NCBI RefSeq assembly: GCF_024521635.1
Contig: NW_026250409.1
Span: forward strand, 1,116,001-1,180,000
Direction of reading: 5' to 3'
DNA from: Tricharina praecox
Lineage: Eukaryota
Length of the DNA stretch: 64,000 nucleotides
In this document: positions 26,074 to 37,522 of the stretch, one piece after another
Numbering within the stretch: the stretch's first letter is position 1
Layout of the letters: every line of letters begins with the position of its first letter
Notes under the pieces: generated by a model
What the model was told of the DNA's origin: nothing
Databases searched by the model: none
The model's input: the letters and a program-made list of their open reading frames with translations, nothing else
Position numbers and translations under genes: made by a program

Positions 26074-27017
26074 TTACCAAGCAGCCTTCGCGCCCGCCGA
26101 CGGGACAGCAGTGAACTTCGCACACCCCTTAATGGCCATTTCCTCGGCGGTCTTAGCGACCTCTGGCTCATCCTTTAAGTTCAAACGCCAGTCAGCACTC
26201 ACAACCACTACTGCCAGGGGAAGAGGGAAGAACCAACCTTGCAACTAGTAGACACACACTCCTTCATCGCGGCGGTGAACTCATCGTCATTGCACAGACA
26301 CGCGGGGCCCTCGGCCATGGTGCAGTTCGTCTCCTTGATCGCAGGGAGGAAGCAATCTTTCAGGCTATGGCGTGTTAGTCAATCATCATCACCATCATCA
26401 TCATCATCATTGGAGGGAGGGTGGGGCGTACCACTGCGGGATGTGAGGCATGCCCCCCGGAGCACCACTGGGAGCACCACTGGGAGCACCGCTGGGAGCC
26501 CCGGTGGGAATCCCGGTGGGAGCGGGAGCCTCGGTGGAGGCAGCCCTGGCGACTACAGAAGGGACTGCAGAAGGGGCAGAAGTGAACTTGGCGCAGCCCT
26601 TGAGCGCCATTTCTTCGGTTTTCTTGACGACGTCGGGGGAGTCCTTTAGACGCCTGTTAGTCGCTGCAATGAGGGGAGGAGTGGAGGGGGAGGAGAGGAG
26701 GGAAGAAAGGGCGTACCTTGCAGCTGGTGGGCACACACTCCTTCATTGCCCCAGTGAACACCTCGTCATTGCATAGACAGGCGGGGCCCTCGGCCATGGT
26801 GCAGTTCGTCTCCTTGATGGCCGGGAGGAAGCAGTCCTTCAGGCTGTAGTGTGGCGTGGGGTGTTAGTGGGTTATTGGAGAGGGAGGGGAGGAGTGGTCC
26901 GTACCATTGCGGGATCATAGGAATGCCGGAGGGAACACCGGTGGGAGCCCCGGCGGAAGAGGTTTGCGCAGCGGCCATGGTGGCGGCAAGGGCGACGATG
27001 ATGAATTGGGGGAGCAT
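26074..27017 (-). CDS. Secreted two-domain CFEM-like protein D (225 aa), complement(join(26074..26172,26238..26364,26432..26643,26717..26843,26905..27017))
   Basis: Signal MLPQFIIVALAATMAAA; two PQCLKDCFLPAIKETNCTMAEGPACLCND..MKECV.TSCKD..EEMA.KGCAKF domains joined by a (GAPS)n linker; four canonical introns; ends AKAAW. Confidence 0.87.
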
Positions 27018-29054
27018 GGTGGCGGTTGGTGGTTCTTAGAAAAGAAGGTGATTGAAGTGAATGTGAAGGTGAGAGTGAGAGTGAATGTGAAGCTGAGAGT
27101 GAATGTGAATGTGAAGCTGAGAGTGAATGTGAGTTGTTGGATGAAGAATGAAAACGATGGGGAGCAGAGCAGGTTATATGCTGCTCTCTAGTCGCCGATT
27201 CACTCTCGAGCCACTGACGGTACCAAATCCACATCCATCTCGCCGTTCGGATCTCCACAGCGGCCATGAACATTCCCGGCGCCGGCGATCAAACGAAACC
27301 CATTACTAGCGAGACAATTAATCCGGTACTCTCGCTCACTGGCGATATTGTTTCGCTACTTTCGCTCGTTCGCTTGGAGGATCCCCACATAATCAAAAGC
27401 CTCCTTTCCGGCCGACCAGCGCTTCAAATTCCGTAGGTAGGTATCCACAATTCACCGGCCTTGGCCGTGGACTCTCAGACTCGCCCCACGCCGCCGCCGC
27501 CGCCGCCGCTGCCATTGACGTTTAGAGTATCCAGCGGTGACCTCGGGCGAGGTCGGCGAGGGGCCCGGGGCCCGGGGACGTTTCACGTTTCATGTTTCAT
27601 GTCCGCCACCCTCTGCACAGGCCGATAGTTAGTCGATCCCCGCCCTGTGCACAAACCCGACAGTTACTCGATCCCCGGAACCGGGGTTGAGTGTTTCTTC
27701 ATGTCTCGGCTAGGGTCCGTCCCGGTTTACGGGGTTCTATGGGGAACCATGTCGGCGGAGACGGAGATCGTAGCAATTATAGTAGATTGGATACTCGCCA
27801 CTCGGCTCGTCTTAAGGTTGAGTAGAGTACGGGGAGATCTGCGGTTTGATCGAGATTGCCGAATATCATTGCTGGAAAATAAAATCCCGGTGCGGTGGGT
27901 GGTGGGGGTTTGGAGAAACTTGGAAATTGGAAATTGGAATGAAGCGACGAGGAATGGAGGAGCCTGGTCAATCTGAGGACCATCAGGTTGCGGTGGAGGA
28001 GTGCCATCTACTCGAGTAGAGAAGTGGAACGAATTTATTGGGTCTGAATCACGGCGTGTATGCATCATTCACGCTCTCCGAGAATGGCGTTGAAGGTATG
28101 TACTTCACAACACCTGATTGGCTTTGACGATCACAGTAGGCCTTCCGTAAAGTCCTGGATGGCAAGGCAACTATTGTGGGGATTATTAACGTCGGTTATT
28201 GCTCTGGCGATCACATCCTGATGGACAAACAAGAGTAGGTAGGAAGCATGAAGCGGTCCGTGACTGTGCCCGTCGGTCCATATCAAAGGCTGAGATGTGA
28301 CTGAGGGACCGTTTAGAACTTTGCATACGCTCACTTTTCAGTTGCAGTTTTAGAGCCAAATTCAGTTCCTGCCGGGACACCGGATACCTTCTGTTTAGTT
28401 TCAGTTTCCGGAAAACCTTGAGGTGAATAGAGTATTTGGCAGTTCTCAGTATACTATACTCAGCCATAGTTAAGTCTGAATAACAGTTAGGCTTCAACAG
28501 AACTTTAATAGTAGACACATTGTAATTTGTAGCCACGCTTGTCGGAAAGGGGAGTCCATGGTTGAAGTTAAGATGCGGTACTGAGTGGTGGTGAAGAAAC
28601 TGACCTCCAGTTTTTTTTTCTCAATTTTTATGCCATCCAAACAGGGTTACAGTTTTGTTTGCTCAGTTTCTCGAAAAAACTGATAGTCTTCGCTAAAACT
28701 GAGCGTATCCAAACATGCCCCAAGCACTCCGCCTTGTGTCAAGGACTGACCAGAAGTGTTGTCTTGCATTCGCCATGGGGGGTTTGGCGCTTTTTGTCGC
28801 CATTGCATGCGATCTTCCTCTCCGCTGTTTACCTATCTCCACTTGTGTTCGAGCCATAATATTTTTTCTCACGGTATGATAGGTACATAACGTCTTCAGG
28901 CTCAATCAGCTCGGAAATCGGTTCGATCGACACGTAGAATAAATAAATCTCGAATCCTGAATTATCCACTACCACTATTCATCAACTCGGCGAGTGACTA
29001 ACCAGCAGCAACCTTTCCTCCCTGGCTATGTTCACCTGAATCTACCGCCCTCTA

Positions 29055-29707
29055 CTACGCAGCAGCCTTGAAGGCCGCAGAAAGGAGATTCGCGTCCATA
29101 GGACACACCTTGATCTTCGTTTCCACGTCGGCCTTGGAGAAGTCGAGAGCGGACTTCAAACAATAGTTAGCACTCACAATCGCCACTGCGAGGAGAGGAG
29201 AGGGGAGGAGAAAATAGGAGAGGGGGGAGAGTTAACCTTGCAGCTGGTGGGCAAACACTCCTTCATCGCCGCAGCGAACTTCTCTCCCTTGCACTGATCA
29301 CAGTTGGAGCCTTCCGTCAGGGCGCAGTTGGTCTCCCTTAGCTCCGATTCGAAGCAGTGCATCAGGCTGTAGCGTGGCGTTGAATGTCAGTGGGATCATC
29401 GGAGAGGGGTGAGGAGGAAGGGGAGGAGTGGTACGTACCATGGCACCATAGGAGGCAAGTCAAAGAAAATTTCGTTGGAAGCCCTGGTGAAAATGGGTTG
29501 CGCAGCATCCGCAGCAGAGTTCCGGGCCCATACTAATTTTATATGTACCGCTTTAATTTTATCATACATCCCGGAGGAAGCAGCGGCCATGGTAGAGTGC
29601 TGGGGCGATGCCAATCTTCTCTGTATCGATTCACGTTGACCATGCATCCCTAAGTACGCAGTGGTCAGGGTGGCGGCGAGGGCGACGATGATGAATTGGG
29701 GGAGCAT
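29055..29707 (-). CDS. Divergent secreted CFEM-like protein E (165 aa), complement(join(29055..29153,29237..29366,29439..29707))
   Basis: Family signal peptide; unrelated linker of about 65 aa; VPCLMHCFESELRETNCALTEGSNCDQCKGEKFAAAMKECLPTSCKSALDFSKADVETKIKVCPMD: all 8 Cys kept, intron positions conserved, frame open. Confidence 0.75.
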
Positions 29708-30379
29708 GGTGATGGTTGGTGGTTCTTGGAAAAGAGGCTGTTGGGAGGTAAATGTAAAGGTGAGAGAGAATGTGAATGTGAGTTGCTGGATGAAGAATGA
29801 AAACGATGGGGAGCGGAGTGGGTTTTATGCGCAGCTTTCCGGCCAACGATGAAAATTCCGTATCCACAATCCATCGGCCTCGACTCTCCCACGCCGCCAC
29901 TGCCACTGAAGTATATCTGGCGGTGACCTTGGGAGAGGTCGGCGAGGGGGGGAACGTGTCAAACTTTAGTCGCCCGGAGACGTCGGCACGAAGGTTTTGC
30001 GGTGGACTGTCGAGACCGAGTCTCGACGGCCGCGACGGAGTGTCGACGAGCACGGCGGCGAACCTTAGGTGGCGGCCAACTTCGGGCGGCACCTCAAGCG
30101 GAGAGCATAGCAATGGCATAGATCGGCTACTCGACTCGCCTTCCCCTCCGCTGGTTATCACCACCTATGTTCGAGCGATAGTGCTTTTTCACGGTATTTC
30201 TTAAAGTGCAATCGGCTCGGAAATTGGTTTGATTGACATGTAGAGCAAATACATCTTGAATCCCGATCCATCCACCATCTACCAATCCATCAACTCAGCG
30301 AATGACCAACCAGCAGCCATCCTTTCTCTCTGTAGCTTTTTCCACCTCTAGCTTTTTCCACCTCTAAATCTACCACCCT

Positions 30380-31316
30380 TTACCACATAGAAGCCTTGGC
30401 GTCCGCAGAAGGGACAGCAGTGTACTTGGCACATCCCTTGATGGCCATTTCCTCCGCAGTCTTGGCGACCTCGGGCTCGTCCTTTAAACGCCGCCAGTCA
30501 GCACTCACAATCAGCGCAGTGAGGAAAGGAGAGGGGAGGAGAGGATATCTAACCTTGCAGCTGGTGGGCACACACTCCTTCATCGCCGCCTTGAACTCCT
30601 CGTCATTGCACAGACAGCTGGGGCCTTCGGCCATGGTGCAGTTGGTCTCCTTGATCGCCGGGAGGAAGCAGTCCTTCAGGCTGTGGCGGGCGTGGTGTGT
30701 TAGTAGGTTATTGGCAAGGGAGGAGGAGGAGTGGTCCATGCCATTGCGGGATATGAGGAATGCCGGAGGGAGCTCCGGAGGGAGCCCCGGAGGGAGCCCC
30801 GGTAGGAGTCCCGGCGGAAGCGGTTTCCGTAACGGCCCTGGCGGCCACAGAAGGGGCAGTAGTGAACTTGGCACAACCCTTGATCGCCATTTCCTCAGCC
30901 TTCTTGACGACGTCGGGCGAGTCCTTCAAACACTAGTCAGCACTCACAATCGCCGCGGTGAAGAGAGGTGAAGAGAGGAGATCTAACCTTGCAGCTGGTG
31001 GGCACACACTCCTTCATCGACGCAGTGAACACTTCGTCATTGCACAGACAGCTGGGGCCTTCGGCCATGGTGCAGTTGGTCTCCTTGATAGCCGGGAGGA
31101 AGCAGTCCTTCAGACTGTGGCGTGGCGGGAAATGTCAGTGGTTCATCGGAGAGGGGTGAGGGCGAGGAGGAGGACGAGGAGGACCAGGAGGAGTGGTCCA
31201 TACCATTGCGGGATTTGAGGGATGCCAGAGGGAGCCCCGGCGGGAGCCCCGACGGAAGAGGTCTGTGCAGCGGCCATGGTGGCGGCGAGGGCAACGATGA
31301 TGAATTGGGGAAGCAT
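30380..31316 (-). CDS. Secreted two-domain CFEM-like protein F (216 aa), complement(join(30380..30481,30554..30680,30742..30923,30988..31114,31204..31316))
   Basis: Paralog of D, with GPSC in both domains; the third intron (30741 down to 30681) has a GC donor. Confidence 0.8.
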
Positions 31317-32140
31317 GATGATGGTTAGTGGTTCTTGGAAAAGAGGCTGTTTAGAAGTGAAGGTGAGAGTGAATGTGAAGGTGAGAGTGAATGAAGGTGA
31401 GAGTGAATGTGAGTTGCTGGATGAAGATTGAAAACGATGGGGAATGGGGCGGGTTTTATGCGCTGCTTTGCGGCCGGTAATTCACTGTCGCGGGTACCAA
31501 ATTCCCGACGATCGCACCGTGGGGATCTCCACAGCGGACGTGGACGTTGCCGGCGATCAAATGAAACTCATTACTAGCGAGACACTTAATCCGGTACGAT
31601 ATGAGCTGGCGATATTGTGTACTGTCGCTCGCTCGGAGGATCTCCACGTAATCAAAAGCTTCCAAGGAAAGCAATTCCGTGGTGATATACCGTGACCTGC
31701 ATGGGCCTTAGCGGTGCCGGCATCGTCAATCTCCAACGCCCCTACCGTGGATCCCGTGTATAGCGGAAACAGGGCCGAGGCCATCACATCACCCACTCTA
31801 CCCGGTACATATTGCGTATCGGATGCTTTCTCCTGACCCCCGCCCACCACCACTGCCCGGGCCGAATGAGACATGCCGAAACGTGTCGACAATCCGAGGC
31901 CGAAGCCGAGGCGATGTCAGATAAACGACGTACCTAGTAGTTAGCGGCTCGAGGGCCAGTGCCAGATAAACAACGGACGGAGAGTACACCACAGGCTTGG
32001 AGGTATAAACACACCGCCCTCCTCTGTATTTTTCTCACTTTTCATTCAAGCCACTCATTCACTCCTTCTCACTCCTTCTCGCTCAATCACTCAACAATCA
32101 CTCACTCCTTCTCGATTACTCACTCACTCACTCACTCACA

Positions 32141-32562
32141 ATGCTCTTCACATCCATCCTCACCGCGCTCTTCGCTGCCGTCGCCGTCACGGCGCTTCCC
32201 CACGAGGGACACGCATCATCCAGCGCCGCCACCCCGGTGTCCACCTCCGCCGCCGCCTCTGCGACCCCCGACCTCCCGGGGCTGTTCCCCCCGGGCACGC
32301 CCGAGATCCCCCCCTGGTAAGCCATCCCCCTCCCCCCTTCGCTACAGCCAACTAACGAGCCACAAGCGTGCTCAAGTGCTTCGCCCCGGCGGTCGAGGAG
32401 ACCGGCTGTGACATCTCGAAGGGCCCCGTGTGCATCTGCAGCGATCCGGGGTTCCTGGCCTCTATGGCGGAGTGTGTTCCTAAGACCTGCACGGACGAGG
32501 GCATCGCGAAGATGTATGTCGAGATCAGTGACGAGGTGTGTGCCGCTGGAAACTGGGATTAG
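32141..32562 (+). CDS. Small secreted CFEM-like protein G (123 aa), join(32141..32316,32367..32562)
   Basis: MLFTSILTALFAAVAVTA signal; PPCVLKCFAPAVEETGCDISKGPVCICSDPGFLASMAECVPKTCTDEGIAKMYVEISDEVCAAGNWD; single GTAAGC..CTAAC..AAG intron; TATA-like GTATAAA near 32003. Confidence 0.85.
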
Positions 32563-33863
32563 AGTGGCTGGCTGCTGGGGTTGGACGTGCTGTTTCGAGG
32601 AGTGGGGGAGGGAGGGGGGAAACGGAGGGGGTTCTTTATTTGGTTGGTTTTAGAGTCATGTATCATCATATTCGGGCCGGTCTCGGTCATGACAACTATT
32701 GTACACCATCTTATCTTGTTTCTTCCAAGCCTTACTAGAGTTCTCCGCGTTCTCGTGGAATAGCGAAGTAATAGTGACTGGCTGGTTGTGTTGTGATACC
32801 TATGGCATTCGTTACCGAGCCATAGTGAAGTAACGCAGTCACTCGATCCTCGCCATGTTCTGACACATCCCGCGGAGTGAATGGCCGGTGAATCTCATTC
32901 TCACCTTGAACGAGCACCGCCTGCTGGCGATGTTGCCCTCGAGCGGTCCGTAAGATTTCGCCAACTGAACACCCGTAATTATCAATTACAGTAGACGCTG
33001 GTTACGGATACGTTTTCATCTCTATCCGTTCTTCTATTGCTCCTCTTTCGTGATTCTAAGCTTCTTGGTGCTGTTCATTCACCTTCGAGTCCTTTTCACT
33101 CAATAGCACTCGCGCACTTCAACGGGGTTCTCTCACGTGGTACCACTCGCACCTTGTAATATCAAGAGCACTGGAGAACTACTAGGAAGCTGCAGAGGTG
33201 CTGGAAAGTTGTAGTCAGAGACTTGAGTACCTATTGATTCCCAATACTCATTCAAAATAATTCATAATCTCCGTACGTCAACAACGCAACGGCCTTCTCT
33301 AGACCAGTGTCAATGTTCCAAGTCTCACAACTTGGCTTCAGAATTGCAGACTGGATGCAGCATTTTAGAATAGCTATAGGCTTTTAGTGGCAGCTCCGAA
33401 TGAGGGCTGAAGACCTTCCATAGTGCGATCATTACTCTGGTCGACTCGTAAAAATAATAAATACCAGATCAATAGTTGGAACGATGCCCGGGTGCACACT
33501 ACTCCTCCGAAAATAAGTTAACTTCATCCTCCAGGATTTTTCTAATCCCAAGGCATCGGTTCGCATCGGGTCGGGCGTCGAGGGCTTTAACACACCAAGT
33601 TGTAGCTGAATCGGCGGATTAAGTTGGTGATCGGAAAGATCTACATTATATACCGGTACCACACATCGACGCTATAACCCAGTTCTACTCTACTTGTCTC
33701 GCACAAGACCTATCACGTGACTTGGTAACTCGTTAGTGGCAGTTTTATACACCTTGTATGCAGTTGTTATATACTCCCTCTCACCCCACCACCGTACACA
33801 CCTACTGCACTACCACACTGCCACACCAACCGCACCGCCGTCCTATATACCACCGCCGCGACG

Positions 33864-34746
33864 ATGAACCCCGAAGCCCCATCAATCAAAGTCTCGGGCC
33901 TGAACTACAACTTCCCCGATGGATCCAAAGCGCTGAGCCAAGTGAGCCTCGACCTACCTCCGGGGTCACGAACACTGTTGATCGGAGGTACCTTTTCCCT
34001 CCCCCCTCCTTCACCTCAAGTGCCAACAGCGTGTAGCCAACGGAGCCGGCAAGACAACTCTTCTCCGCCTTCTCTCGGGCAAGCGACTCGCGCCGACGTC
34101 AACGATCCTGATCGGGGGAGTGGACCCGTTCCTGCACGGGCTGGAAGGTGTGACGTACCTAGGGATGGAATGGGTATTGAATCCGATTGTCCGCAACGAC
34201 ATTCCCGTGCACGAGCTTTTGGCCTCCGTCGGCGGCCCGTTCTACCCCGCGCGCCGCGACCAGCTCGTCCGCATCCTCGATATCGACGTTAACTGGCGCA
34301 TGCATGCCGTCTCGGACGGGGAGCGCCGCAGGGTACAGCTCGCTATGGGGCTACTACGCCCGTGGAGTATTCTCTTGCTCGATGAGGTCACCGTCGATCT
34401 AGATGTCCTAGCCAGGAATAGGTTTCTAAGGTTTTTGAAACAGGAGACCGAGGAGAGGGCGTGCACCGTTGTTTATGCCACTCATATACTCGAGACGGCG
34501 GGGGAGTGGGCAACGCATCTGGTGAGGGTCACAGGTGGCAGGGTTAAATATTATGGCGAGACAGAGGGGGTGATGGAGCAGGAGGCGAAGGCGATGGGAG
34601 TGCAGAGAGCGGGGTTGACGCTGCTGCAAGTGGTACTAAAGTGGTTGGAGGAGGATCTGGAGGAGCGAGGACCGCGAGGGGGGGTGAAGAGTGAGGCGGC
34701 TAGTTACTCGGACATGACGAAGGTGGAGTATGATATTGAGGTTTAG
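33864..34746 (+). CDS. CAF16: CCR4-associated factor 16-like soluble ABC ATPase, join(33864..33987,34037..34746)
   Basis: GANGAGKTT Walker A, YLGMEWVLNP, WRMHAVSDGERRRVQLAMGL, LLLDEVTVDLD, YATHI. Confidence 0.92.
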
Positions 34747-34923
34747 ATGGAGGAGGATTGCATGGTTCTTTTCTTCATTCATCATGGCATCAGGCGGCGT
34801 AACGGTGTTCAACCCCGTTTTTGATATTGAGCTCTTGTTTTTATCAGATAGCATATGTACATGTACCGGTAGTTAACTGAGTATGTAAGTAGGTATATAC
34901 TCACTTATTGAGGGGCAGGCGAG

Positions 34924-37522
34924 TCATGAGCTGGTGGCAGGGTCTATCACGTCCAAAGTCGGGACTTCCAACCTAAACCCATACACCCTAACACTGCCAT
35001 CCTCACTCGCAACCGCCATCTCTCTCTCCCTTCCTTCTCCACCCGGCCTCCACTGAATCTTCGTGATCGCCTTATCGGGTGTAGTTCTACCATCATCGTC
35101 AGCTGCCCGCCATCTCTATCATCTGGGGCAAAAGTAGACATACCCAGGATCAAGCGCATGCGTCGAGTCCACAGTCTGCCACTCGTCCTTTCTCAAGGCC
35201 AGCACCGTGATAGCGCCATCGTCGAATCCGATTGCAGTCCAACACTCACGGCCCATAACCTCGGGGAGCACATCGACGGCAGTGATGGGAAGGTGAAATT
35301 TACACGTCGCCTTACACTCCCACTTTCCATCCGTCTGCGCCCAGACCTTGAGGGACTTGTCTCTACTAACGGTAATGAACGCGGAGCCATCGGGCAGCCA
35401 GGCACAGTCGTAGATGATGCGCGTGTGTGCTTTGTCCCTTCGCTCCGTGAGCGCCCATTGTTGCGTGTCTGGGTTGCGGGTGAAGACGCTCCAGGCGCGG
35501 TCGCGGCCAACACTGAGGATCTGCGAGCCGCAAGGGGAGAAGGAGATGTTTGTGACTGTCAGCGCGTGGGATTCCAATGGCGGCTTCACCTCGCGCCAGC
35601 TGTTGGCGCCGTCGTAGAGACGTATCACGGCGTGTTGCGCTGTGGACGCCTTGCATGCGGTTGCGATGAGGCTGGATGTCGGGGTGGACGCGAGTGCGGA
35701 AATTTCGTAGCCGTGCCCGTAGAGTTTTTCTACCTCAGGCCAGAGAGTGTGCCGTGCGAGGTCGTTCTCGAGAGGTGGAGTGTCGGTGGGCAGAGTGTGT
35801 TCGATGACTTTGGGTTCGTCGTCTTCGAGGTCTTCCGCTGGGACGTGGCCATCGTACATGGGTGCCGGTGTGGCCTCGTCGATGGGCTTGTTGGAGAGGC
35901 CGAGTACGGGGAGGCTGGCGGCATTCGGGAGGAGGTCTTTGTTCTGCGGTGAGGCGACGCCGCAGTGCGTTTCGAGGATGCTAGCGATGGCTTTCGGCTC
36001 GTCGAAGACGCGGAGAAGCTTTTCTTCGGCGCCGGAGACGAAGCGGTTGGAGCCTACTGATGTGATGCAGTTGATGTCGTAGCCGTGGATCTGCGGCCGC
36101 GAGAACTCGTGCCAGCTGTTGGTGCCATTCGCTGTCCACTGCGAGAATAGGCGTGTGGTTTGGTCGAGGGATGTGGAGAAAAGGTAGCTTCCATCCGGCG
36201 CCCAGGATATGGCCATTGCGGCCCTGGTGTGGCCTGAAACACCCACCGCGGGGTTCCACCGGTCAGCTGCAGCATCGTATCGCCAGATCCTCCAGGAGCC
36301 GTTCTTGGTCAGCGCCGCAACAGCTGTTCCATCTGGGCTCCAAAGACAAGTCCACAATCCACCGGCCGAGCCTGTGGCTGTAGAGGCACCCTTGAGGTCC
36401 GAGATCTCACCGAAACGGTGGACGGGTATCCAGATACCAGAGGACTCTTCGGGCGCCCACACGGAAACCGAGTTATCCGCGGAACAAGAGAGCAGTTGAA
36501 GGTCCTGCCGCGATTTGGCATTGGGGTTCCAGGCCGCGGTGTACACCCAGTCTTCATGACCCATAAGCAGCGCCTCGAAAGTGAGGGACCAGATTCCCAA
36601 CGACGCATCCACACGCAGCATATGCGCCTTGTTCGAGAGACGAGTGCTCATTCCATAGGTCTTGCTCTCGCTGTCGGCGACAGCTGGGGGAAGTTCCTCG
36701 CCGGGATGGATTCGCCAGAGTCGGATGTACCTATCTTGAGAGGAGGACGCGAGCATAAGATCTGAGTCCTTCGAGTCGGGATCTTCATGGGTGAAGCTCA
36801 AAGCACGAACCCAGTTTTCGTGACCGGACAGAGTGGCCTGGTGCGTAAACTGTGAACCTAGAGACGGACAGACATAAACGGAGATGGTAGTCGTCGAGCC
36901 GGCAACGGCCAGTATCAGAGCGCCGTCCGAAGTAGGGAGGCCGGCGAGCGCAATAGCCAACGGATAAAACTTGGGCTTTGTAGGAAGCGACTGGACGTGG
37001 TTGACCGCGGTCTTGTCAGATGAAATGTCCAACGAAAAGACCGCAACCGTGCCATCCGCAGAAGCCGACGCAAACACCGTTGGATATTGCGCACATGTGG
37101 CAATATCGCTTATCGAGCCCGAATGAACGCCCTCGACGGTAGACACCAGCGTGAAGCGCGTGCCCGAACGACGCCAGACACGCACGGTCTTGTCGTTGGA
37201 TCCAGAAAGAATGATCTCGTCATCGGCGGTCCGACCGGGGAGGAAACGGACGACGTTGACCTTGTCGGTGTGGCCCTTGAGTGTTGCGGAGATGCCACAC
37301 AACGATGGATCCTACATCACCTACACGTTAACTTTGAGCTGTGAGAAAGAGAGAGAGGTGGCTGGCGACGAGGGCGGGGGAGGAGGAGCAACCAACGTCA
37401 GGATTCCACAGAGCAATACAACTTCCACCACCGAAAGCTAGAGTTCCGTTTGCCGACCAATCGGCTGCCGAGGGGTGTCGATTGCCGCCGATAGCGACAA
37501 AAGGTGTTTTGACGCCGTCCAT
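34924..37522 (-). CDS. ELP2: Elongator complex subunit 2 (WD40), two introns (about 37312-37396 and 35088-35143)
   Basis: GGNRHPSAADW, FEALLMGHEDW, WHEFSRPQIHGYD, SGAEEKLLRVF, LPVLGLSNK, TLWPEVEKLYGHGYE; last exon TPDKAITKIQWRP..AVASEDGSVRVY. Confidence 0.95.

Noticed and set aside
28330..28900. AT-rich, transposon-like stretch between CFEM D and E
   Set aside because: No terminal repeats, TSD or coding remnant identified by eye.
29533..29567. Possible extra intron (GTATGA..TTAG) in the AT-rich part of CFEM E exon 1
   Set aside because: Only 35 nt, no branch site, and its removal would shift a frame that is already open.
1974..37522. Co-location of tRNA-related genes (NAM2, tRNA-Gly, MOD5, ELP2) as a functional cluster
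   Set aside because: Dispersed among unrelated genes with no shared motif seen; compatible with chance.
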